Positions 12,758-23,319 of a stretch of DNA of 64,000 nt are shown in pieces. The number at the start of each line of letters is the position of its first letter. The first letter of the stretch is position 1. Origin of the DNA: Marsupella aquatica. Taxonomy: Eukaryota > Plantae > Marchantiophyta. Where the stretch lies: positions 9,886,286 through 9,950,285 of the forward strand of contig OZ316898.1 in the NCBI GenBank assembly GCA_973895155.1, given 5' to 3'. Both the position numbers and the translations under genes were made by a program. Below the pieces are notes generated by a model. The model did no database searches, had not been told where the DNA came from, and saw nothing but the letters and a program-made list of their open reading frames with translations.

Positions 12758-13559
12758 GAAGAACTGAAGATTGGGTGAGGCTGAGATGCAGTTTGGGCAC
12801 AGATTATGTCAATGTACTCTATGAATAGTAATCAGCATTAGGCCTCGAATGTAGAGTTCGTGTTAGTAGCATAGGCTACTTTAATTCCAGACCAATGCCA
12901 ATTTTGAAGGCGCCTGTGCAATTTTGCTGATTAATGTGAAGCATTCACAGTCATTGTACCTTGCGCTGTTGCATTAAGTTGACTACTTGAACTTTGCCAT
13001 ACTCTGTGTGCTGTCCTGTACACCTTTGTATGATGTGCCTCAATTGACATTGAGTTTATTCACAAAGTACTTCAACAATCGGCTGTCCCCAAATGCAGAC
13101 ACTAGAAGCCAAATGCGAGTCCATTCATGGTACAATCAGTGCTCTCTGATAAATGTTGGCAAAAATGCTGCTTGCATGAAGGCCCTTTATTAAATACTCC
13201 ATGTCTTTGCTCACGGCTGAACACTGGCGAGAACCATCAAAACTTGTATGACAAACTATATCCTAACCTGGATTGAAGTGGGAGGTCTTATATATCTGTC
13301 TAGTATGCATAGGTCTGTGCTGCCCTATCTGTATATGAAATATGAATACTCCTAAACAGAATGTTGGGAACTGAATGGTCCTAAGTAAACTTCAAATACC
13401 ATTCAGGCACAACCGGGCTCAACCTGCACAAGGCCAGAAGGCTCGAACAGTCAGAAATTCACATTGTTACAACATATCATGTAACAAAACAGGGGCACCA
13501 CTTCCATAATAAACCAAGTATTGGAGGGTATAAAGGTCGCAGTATGTCTTCCCCATACC

Positions 13560-15063
13560 TCATTCAGAGAACAAAAAACCCCCAGGTCTACGATGAAGTT
13601 CGAGAGCCTCATCCATGACCCTCACTAGCAGAGCATTGCCCACAGCAGTAACTCCACGCCTAGAAACATGTTGAGGGTCTGGACCCCTCCCCTCTGGTTC
13701 CGCTTCTGCTTGTGGACCTTCCTCTGCTGTAATGTCAATTTCTGCGTCGTCACTACTGGTCCATTCATCATTTTGGCTCAAGACATAGTTGTGGAGTTTT
13801 CCACAAACCGCGACCCATCTCACCATCCATGCACTGTCCTTCTTTTCATTTAGCTGAACTCTGACTTCTTTCAAAGAATGCCAACGAGATTTTAAAACCC
13901 CAATGTAATGTTCATTTGTGACACGAGCTTTAGCAACACATGTATTGAAGTCTTCTTTGTCAGACACAAGGTCTGCCCTCTTAAAAGCACAAACAAGATG
14001 AGGCAACGCTTGATAACCAGAATCCCCAAGCAAGTATTGGTCTTCTTAAAAAATGTGGGTACTTCCAACACCAGAGCAATAACCCCACAGGGGTGATTTC
14101 CTCAAACATGTGAGGTCGGAGCAGGAACCAGGCATTCCTGCAAAACAAATACAGAGCACAATTTACACTACAACCTTATAAACCCGAAGTCCTAATTAAT
14201 AATACATGTAATAACAAAGTGGAAGTACTTACCTGTGAACATGAAGAGAATCTTCCGTCTGTGGTCACAAATGACTTGAACATTCACGGAATACCTGCAT
14301 TTTCGATCATAGTAGCACTCTCCATGGTGGTGTGGTCGCTGAGTCAGTGGTAAGAGTGATCCATCTATGAGGCCCAAACATCCACGAAAGCCAAGTTTGC
14401 CAAATGCTTCCAGGATCTCTACACGGTCCCTCCTTGTTGGCCATTGAATCTGGTCTTTCAGTGCATCCTCAAGTGCAAGAAATGCACCAAAGTTCCACTG
14501 CTGACGCCCCAGGTTGGGATAAGGTGATTCAGGCAAGCACCATTGCCATCATGCCCAAGACGGTCGAGACAGACAGCCAGCTGCCTCACAATAGGTGTCT
14601 GCAAATGTCTAGACTCATTCTTGAAGATTGGGTGAGGCTCTATCAATTCGAGGAGGTGGAAAAAGGACCTCTTGTCCATCCTTGTCATCTGTCTAAACAA
14701 TCGATCAGGCAAGTTGTGAAAAAACTGTGTTGCAAACTCATTTGACTTTACACTTATGTGACGAGGAACTAAGTAGCGAGTGTTATACATCAAAAAATAA
14801 AGCTCAGAAAAGTCAGCTACATTTTGTGCCTCTTCACAGTCATCTTCTTCGTCAGAGTCAGAGGAATCATCCACATTCGCTCCTGACCCACTGCTGCTTG
14901 AATACTGAGGAGGGTTGATGCAATCAAAGCGCTCGAGTGACCTCAAAGAGCTGTCACTACTTCCACCATCGGAATCGCTCCCAGAGCTATGCAACATGAT
15001 GTTTAATTGCACTTTTTGCTTCACCAGTCTCAAGTGCTTCTGGCGATCAGATACTCGAGGCAT
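13560..15063 (-). pseudogene. Harbinger/HARBI1-like DDE transposase, disrupted
   Basis: FRQMTRMDKRSFFHLL helix, then LIDGS (D), YYDRK.RYSVNVQVICD, GMPGSCSD, LLGDSGY (D), ARVTNEHYIGVLKSRW (E). Intron 14138-14232; frameshift at ~14481; in-frame TAA at 14046-14048. Confidence 0.9.
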
Positions 15064-15300
15064 GATGCTGACAATCCTGGAGACAAGACAGTTGTATGTC
15101 ATAGAGGACATACTTTACAACACAACACATTCATGCTAGCAACCATCTAAATTCGGAAGGTAATTAAAGCTCAAAAATGCACATGACCCACATTCACAAC
15201 AAAGCAGCAAAGAAATGTTGGAAAATTTCAATTTCATTTAAAGGCCTCAAACATTACATACTATGTAACTACATACTACATAGATATGATACTAGTACAT

Positions 15301-15933
15301 TTAATCCTCTAAGTCTGTGCCCTGCAAGGCCACAATAAGATCAGCCAAGATCTTCTTTGCACTTTTAGGTTTCTGTGGGGTGCGAGAAGTCGCTGCCTTG
15401 GCAGGAGTGACCTGAGTAGGACTTGCTGGTGTCTTGTGCCTGTACTGCACAGGACTCTGACAGATATCATCAAGGAGCGAAACTCTCTGGATGTGCAACT
15501 CCAGATCCTTCACGGATATGGTAACATGCAATCTGGGGCATTTTTGCACAATTGCTTGGATTGTCCCCATCTGAATGTGTTCAGACATCTTTGAAAATTT
15601 GAGTGTAGAGGAATTGAGTAGAATCGATGCACTATCCCATATTTGAGCTCGCAATGGCTTGCAAGCAGCATGGACGGCATCAAACAAAATCAATTGGAAC
15701 CTGAATTTATGGACTCCTGGCAGGATATGGCCACATCGGGGTCCAAATTCCAAGGATTTTCCACAAGGAACACCAACAGCAGTATCTAGATACAGGCAGG
15801 ATAAATAAGTGAATTTCCTAGGGTAGGGATTTCGGGCAACATAGTTCCCAACCCAAACATTAGCTCTAAAATATTCAACTTTCCCTGAAACCCTGTTCTC
15901 CTCGATGTCTGTGAGTGAAGTCCATTCAGCCAT
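15301..15933 (-). CDS. RPA1 C-terminal (zinc-ribbon OB-fold)-like protein, ~210 aa, third gene of the Harbinger element
   Basis: FTYLSC...PCGKSL...RCGH...KFRFQLILFD...AQIWDSASILLNSSTLKF parallels the RPA70 DBD-C pattern YxAC..CxKK...C..C...YxLxxxxxD....xFDxxAExLLG. ATG at 15933 follows a TTCCTCCAG acceptor. The frame is open, with a basic C-tail. Confidence 0.6.
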   Translation of the reverse strand: MAEWTSLTDIEENRVSGKVEYFRANVWVGNYVARNPYPRKFTYLSCLYLDTAVGVPCGKSLEFGPRCGHILPGVHKFRFQLILFDAVHAACKPLRAQIWDSASILLNSSTLKFSKMSEHIQMGTIQAIVQKCPRLHVTISVKDLELHIQRVSLLDDICQSPVQYRHKTPASPTQVTPAKAATSRTPQKPKSAKKILADLIVALQGTDLED

Positions 15934-16289
15934 TGCCTGGAGGAACAAAAGGAGAGTGGACATTGAGCAGAGCATGACAGACATTTGAATACACTAAGCA
16001 GAACAGAGTAGAGCATTCAAGTATGTGGAGAATCAAACAGCATGCGCAACATAATGCACAGTAGAAGCAACTGTAGAACAAGGGAGAACTTGGGTAAAAA
16101 ATGGCAAGAAGAACTGCACACCACAATGTCGTTGTCAAAGCTAGCTTGCAACTCGCGCTTCACCAAAGCACTGAAGCCTCTCGCTTCACAGGAACCTAAA
16201 TGTCGTTGCTAAAGAAACCTTCACCGCACGATGCAACATGGACCTTCACGAACAGGACGCAGGACGCAGCAATCACCTGCCGACGCAGC

Positions 16290-16715
16290 CTCAACCTTCA
16301 CGCAGCCTTGACGTTCAGAGCGAGCTTCAGAGCATTTCAGAGCAGCATCGGGGACCTTCAAAGCGCAATTTTTGATTCACGAGGGTCACAGTAGCATCGG
16401 GCAGCCTTGTTGTTCAGAGCACTATGCAACTTGAGCAGCATCGACGACCTTCAGAGCACTATGCAGGTTGAGCAGCTAGCATCGACGACCTTCACGCAGC
16501 CTTGACGTTCAGAGCGAGCTTCAATGCCAATCAGAGCAGCATCGACGACCTTCAAAGGCGCAACCAGCATTCACAAAGCTCACAACAGCGTCGGGCAGCC
16601 TTGACATTCAGAGCACTATGCAGCTTGAGCAGCATCGACAACCTTCACGAGGCTCACAGCAGCATCGGGCATCGACAACATTCAGAGCATTAGGCAGCTT
16701 GGACGACAAGCTTCG
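16290..16715. repeat. mosaic subterminal repeat block of the Harbinger element
   Basis: Interleaved copies of AGCAGCATCGACGACCTTCA (about 5) and GCAGCCTTGACGTTCAGAGC (about 4). Confidence 0.8.
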
Positions 16716-18084
16716 CACAACTCTCAAGCTGCAGCGATGCTGCAAACCACAGTCACGTCCGGTAACCTCAGGCTGGCCTGTCCCGGTCGCGGTCGCTGGT
16801 CTGTCCCGGTCCCGGCAGTAGGTGCAGACTCTAAAACGGCTGACCAACCAGAAAGGGCCGCGGGCCGTCGGACTGAACCGCGGTCAGGCAAATCGGGCCA
16901 AAAAAGTTAATTTTGAGACGCCCTAATGGAATCTTATTAGATTTAGCTGACGTCGTTGCTCACCTGGTAGCGCTTTTCGGTGACCAAAAAAATCCTCAAA
17001 TTTCCACAAATTTTGTTTTACATCATTTCCCTTTGGCAGAATTGTCAAAACTTTCACAAAACTCTGCTGTATATCTGAGTTACTGGCGAAAGCCATTTGA
17101 CAGTTGTGTGATCCTTCAAAATCACATTCCAACTCAACTTACCTCTGGGGGGCTTCATAAGCCTGTGGGTGTGTTTTCATCTAAGCAAAGTGGGGGCCTT
17201 GATGTGTAGATCCTTTTTGGTCTGGCCTAGATTTTTGGTCTGGCCTAGAGTTACTAGGCTAGATTCAGGGTCTGGCAAAGTGGGGGCTTTGATGGGGGCC
17301 AGACCCTGAATCAAAGCTCTTGCTTGGTCCATTGTTTTAGACTATGTCTTGAGGTGGTCCAAGGTTTTGACAAAAAGGGTCTACACATCAACAAAAATAG
17401 GACACACAAGGGCCCCCCTAGCAGGTGACTAGAATCAGTAATGGTCTTGCCTGAATCTGTGGTCCAGTTCGTGCAAAGTGAAGTGTGGCCTGTTCCCACA
17501 CCTCCAATGGCTAGGATTGCATGTCAGTCACAGTCAAGAAAAAAACTGTCATTGAGTTCTTGTAAAGCCACAACCACATCAGTCATTCATGTTCATTCCA
17601 ACGTGAGTTATCCCATAGTAGGATCAGTAATTACATTGCTGATACATGCTCTTTACCCTAAAGACAACTGTGCTCTTTACCCTATGACACCTTGCCATTG
17701 GGATTTCTCGTGGGCTTCATGACAACTGTTGGAATTGTTGGGGGGGGGGGGGGGGAGGAGGAGGGAATACGGGGATAGATTCTACTACGGGCAGGCAAGG
17801 GAACTGGGTTCTCATCAAGTGCTTTTGAATTCATTTTCAAAATTTCAAAATTTTGAAAGGGAACGAGATGGTGCCCCAAAAGTTTATTCCACAAGAGCGT
17901 AGACACCCCAAGAGTTTTTTTCACAAGAGGTTACATTTCTAGTTTACTACACTTGTTTATGTTATGTTTTTTACTCAGAAGAAACTCATCACCACAAGGA
18001 AAGAATGAAGTGGATGGCCTGCATGATGGTTGGAGACTGCCACATCTTCAGAGTACAACCTGGTTTACTTGTCCCTGATAACAG

Positions 18085-18335
18085 CAGATATCTTGGCATC
18101 CATGTTAACAATGGAACCAATGGCAGCTTTCAGTGATTGGATGAGTCCCTTGCAAACTTGGCTTACATCCAAGCAAAAAACCATTGGGTAGGAATCTTAC
18201 GGAGAGAAAGCCATGTATGATGACTATGCTTTCTTTGATAGAGGCGCCCAATGTTCTTTCTCACAAACGAGAAATTCTAATTTGGAAAACAGTCAATGAG
18301 ATTGAAAGTAGGAGAGCAAGGAAGCTATTCTTGAT
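18085..18335 (+). mobile_element. possible L1-like LINE RT C-terminal remnant
   Basis: Across shifted frames: RYLGIHV, then LGRNL, PMFFLS, IE...RKLFL, in the order expected after the LINE RT thumb. Heavily decayed. Confidence 0.35.
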
Positions 18336-21300
18336 GCCAGACTACTTTCCAGATTGTTCCCAATACCAGTAACCAAGTCACCCTCAGGTGCAGTTTCCTT
18401 GGCTTGCTCCTACTCCAACCCAATCCAATACCCCCTTGCCCAACTTCCCAGCCCCTTACCCCCTCACTTGACAAACTCTAGGGAGTAACTCTAGCCTAAC
18501 TACTTAGAGTCCTTTGCATGCTGCCGAGCGCTTGCTTGAGTGCAGATTGTCCTCCAACCAGCTTACACATTTCACCACATTCCAACTGCAAGGCAACTGC
18601 ACTTGCCACCTCTTATTTGGCACCAACCACCCCCAATTGCCACATCCACCTTCCATGGCCATCTTGCCACCTTCTCCCCATAATTGAAAAACTTATGGTG
18701 ACCATCAAAGCCCCTTGTTTTCACGGGCTGACAATGCGACCCTCAAGATATGTATATCAAGGAGAAACTGCCCAAGCTTGGTAGTCGCTGGCCCTTCCTC
18801 TAAAATAAAAAAAGGAAGAAAAATGGGACAGCTCAAGCCGCCCAGCTACAGTAGCTTGCAGGCCAGATAATCCCCATTCAAGAAGTTACGCTCTGCTTGC
18901 TGGTAATGGATGAAGTGTCCCCTCACTACAAACAAAACACTCATTGACCTACATTTGTTTATGTGAGGTTGAACTGGAAACAAGAAAATGAAAGTATGTG
19001 AGTCTTGCATTGCAAAGCCATTACTTAATTATCATCGTAGACCTTCTATGATTTTATAATTTTGGTGGAAGTTCTCCACCTTCCAAAACTTCTACAATTT
19101 GTATGATCTTTTGCATTAATGCTTGACTTTCAAGGAAACAAATTTTAGTAATTATGCCAAAGTGAAGTTGCACTCCAATTGCCGTCTTTCTCTCTAAAGG
19201 AGAAAACGGCAAAAAGCCAAAAACAGCAACTTACTTTTGTTATTACTGATAGTGACGATCAGTGTGCGGGATGTTAGTGCTTGTTTTTCCTTTCAAATTG
19301 TAGAGCACGCCAAAAATACATTCTCTAGATTTATTTTTTCCCTCTGAAAACAATGAGTACAACGATAAATCAGTGGTTTACATCTCAAGTTTCACCAACA
19401 CATCCAGTTTGTTTTAGCAGTGATTGAAATTTACAGTCACGAGCCCTCGTGGGAATGCACACGAAAAGTTACCCAGCTTCATGTCTATCTTTATTCACAA
19501 ACATTAATTAAATTTCGAAATTTCTATCACTCGATAGATTATAGCCTATCACTTACTTAATAGCTGACCTGTACACTTTTGTGTATTATTATTATTTTCA
19601 GAGACAACCCCTGTAGATTTCTGTGGTTATTGATGTTTTGAGACAACCTGATAGCCCCCTACTCTAATACTCCGTTCTGTCACCACAAAGCTAGCCCCAC
19701 ACAATCATGCACTCCTGGATTTCATTCATTTCCATCCACCACCAAGCCTAGCCACCAGCCTATTTTTTAACGTTTTTCTTTTCAACTAGTGTGGCGATTG
19801 TCACCGGAGAAATGCCAAAATATTCTTTCTGTGTTTCCCGAATTATTTACTCATCATTAGACTCCCTAGATTAAGGACGGCTCTACATTCTGGCAAATCG
19901 GGCTAAGATTAGGTGAAAATCTAGCTAGTGGGATCGAAACAATCTCTTTCTTATTACCCTGCTAGTTATTCTCAATCTCTCCCCCAACTATTTTCATCAT
20001 TACATTGAATGACCCCCATTTTATATATGGGTTAATCTTTTCTCCTGTATTTAACCTGAGTTAATTCCGCATTGGTGGTCTACCACATGGCAAGGTGCTA
20101 TTGGCCACACAATGCAAACAAATCAAGCTGGCCTGGGTTTGTTCTTTGAAACAGGATGGAGGGGAAGGAGCTGGGCGTGAGAAAGAAAGGGGCAGCCCTG
20201 TTGTCGAGCCTGCATTTTCTAAAACAGGAGAACAGGGAGAAATCCGGGGGGTAGGCTTAGCTTTGCTCAGCTTGAGGGAGCCGGCCCCATACTCCCACCT
20301 TTTGCATAGTAGGAATGAGTCAACCTAGGTTACGGCATTAGTGGATGGGGTTTGGCGGGGCATTGCCACATGACACACAAACCAATGCAAATGACCTTGG
20401 GTTAAGTAACTCAGTAACAATGAAGTCATACACAAAACACAGGTTATTAAAATAGTGTGGGGTACAGGTTTCTAATAAGCATCAATTTGGGGGATTGGGT
20501 TTATAAAAAATGGTACAACTCTACACTGGTTATTCATAATTGCTACCGAAAGTGGCAAAAGTTTGCGGGAGATTTTTTGGGGGAGGTGGAAATTGGCCAG
20601 ATTTTGCACCAGCCACAGCGCCACAGCGCCACATGCATTCCTGGAGTTCATGCATGCAGCAGCGAGGCAGCAGCCCTGGGATTGACTTGGCGTCGTTGAA
20701 TGGAAGGAAGCTGCTGGGTCACTCCATGGCACTCTGGAAGGTTCAGCACTTGAGCAACTCAGCGCTGCCACGCCTGGCATGCGCGAGCGAAGGAATTATT
20801 CCTTTTTTTGTATTGTATAGTAGGGAAACAAATGCTCAAGTAAAAAGCAAGATTTAGGAGTAGGGATGGAATGATGGAGTGTCTTTGACCAAATCTCACC
20901 AAAATTAAGCTTCGCCTGGAATGACGCTGAGAGCGCGAGATTCGCGTTTAAAAAGAACCTTTACATGCCGGCAACTATGGGACACCGTAGGGACCACTAA
21001 TTTTTTAGCCAGTGTGGCCACTGCATGTCCCTCTATTTCTACAAGGGAAGAGATACTAGGAATCTTTGTTATAAATTTTTCTTGTATTATATTCTGACCG
21101 TCGGATATACTTAGATTTAGTGATGACCGTTAGATTTTAACAAATGGGGTCCATCATTTGGAGAAAGTGACTATTGACATACAAAGAATTTAGAGAAGAG
21201 ATAGAATTTGGCAAAAACTCACACCTAAAAAATATGCTGGTAGGGACCATAGGGTTGGGTTGCAGGAGTTGTACATCAAAATATGACATATATCATTCCA

Positions 21301-23319
21301 TACCATGACAAACCTCATAATTTTCTTTAAATTAGTGAGTGCACACCATATATTACCACACTTTAATGTGCGATTATCACAGGGCTCGGGTTGGCTTAAA
21401 GGCTCAAAAACTAGTTAATTATATAGGTGCCTTTTTGGATTGCCTTGAACAGAAATGAGTAAGAAACTTAGTAGCCTCTCAGCACCAGGGTCATCTTTCA
21501 ACCCCTTTAGAGTGGCAAATGTAAGACGTGTGAAGTAGAAGATGTTCATTAGACATCCAGGGAGGTACATGTTTTAGTAACATTGAAAGCATTTTTGATG
21601 TAAAACAAAATTTTGATGTAATTTATTAATGCATACTTTTTTCTAAAAGCAATGAAACAAATACAGAAAAATGATTTATGGCATAGCACAATTTTTAAAA
21701 AATATTAATTTTTCTAGCAGCCACTGCTGACAAACAATAAGCGGGAAAACATAAGCCATGAAAAGGTGAGCCCCAAGTGCCCCAAAGTGAGACAGCCCCA
21801 CTGAAGTCCGAAACAACAAACAATCATGATGACAGAGAAATACAGTCATCAAAAGGTGAGCCCCAAAGACTATCCTAACATGGTGCTATAAATTTCCGTC
21901 AATGTTGTATAGCGCTGGTCAGTAGTTTTTCTTTTGGCTAATTTTAGCTAAATTGTTACCCAAGATTTGGAGTGGCTACTTATAGAGAGGAAAAGAATGA
22001 GACCTTTTGGACCATATGAGCTGGTTAACATGTCTCGGTTCTCCTTTCTGACCCCACTGGTTGACCCTTTTTGCCAATTTTTTTGGACCAAATTGGCAAC
22101 TTCCCTTACTCCCTAGGTTGCTAGAATACTTATTTAGAATAGCATTTAGTGATTTAAAAAGAATAACTGGGACTATAAACATATGGAATGACATAATACA
22201 CCCTATACAGTCACATTTTGATGTACAATTACTGGAATGTTAGTTTCAATAGATGGCTGACACTATCATGTTTTTCAGTTTCCTTGTACTGCTTTGTGTC
22301 TGATATCATATTGAAGTCGACACAATCCGTTTGAAGTTGATTGGAAAAGGACATTGCTTGAACCACCACTGGCCAAATGTAAGGGGGAAGTGTCCAAGAC
22401 TTCCCTCCAAGACTTCCCTCCAAAACTTCCCCCTGTTTTCACTTTCCATTAGCTTTTTCTTTGGAGGGTGCCAATTTGTTTTGTTCCACAGAAATTTACT
22501 TTTAGTGGTGACTCTGGTAACCATAGCTTTTAAAGGGGCAGGTGGTTTAATAAACTATTATTCAAATTCTTTAGTCACAACAGGGCTTGTGAATGTTCAC
22601 TTGGCCTGTTGATATAATTGCATACTACTGCCATTCCATTTGAAATTGATTGAGCATTGGTTGTTTAAGTGCTATTGTTAATATTTTGTTCATCTACAAC
22701 AAATATTGGTTCCAAATTGACAATGTTCAGCACATGGTCTCACGTGCACTAAATAAAAATAGTTCTTGTTGAATTAATCAAAGTTTATAAAATTCATGTC
22801 TCGGTAACGTTATATGACACCTGCAAGATAAACCCTCCAACCACCAAATCACCACGGTGTAGACATAATCAGGAAAAGGAAAAGCTTAGAAACCTCCACC
22901 ATTTAGGCATAAATACATGATAGACAATTCCACTGTATCCATTACAATTGATAAGGAACACCAGAGCCACATTGAGCCATCAAAGAAACCAAGGTCGAAT
23001 GAAATCTCCAAGATGTCACTGATATTTACCAGAATGCAAGGTCAAATCATGGGCTTCACATTGTACATCATGTTTACTGGATTGAGGAGTGTTGTCACGT
23101 TGTTAACCAATAGAACATGCCCACAAGATGTGAGTTCGAACTTCCAAACGCAGAGCTTGCTGATGATGTTGCAGATGTTGCATGGAACACGGTGTAAAGT
23201 TGATTTCCTAAAATTGAAGCTAATCACCAATAGACAGGAAGACTATTCAAGTGTGTCCATACAGGACCAAGCAACACTGGTAGGTTGACAGTGTGACCGA
23301 ATTTTTATATTTCTAGTAA

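Larger units (their letters stand above)
11009..16924. mobile_element. PIF/Harbinger (PHIS)-superfamily DNA transposon, full length, three genes
   Basis: Perfect 18-bp TIR AGGGCGTCTCAAAATTAA (11009-11026; 16907-16924) and 3-bp TSD AAT (11006-11008; 16925-16927). Encodes a Harbinger DDE transposase, a Myb/SANT-like ORF2 and a third ORF. Confidence 0.95.

Noticed and set aside
20970-21260. Tourist-like MITE
   Set aside because: The end similarity (CAACTATGGGAC vs GGACCATAGGGTTG) is too weak and no TSD could be fixed.
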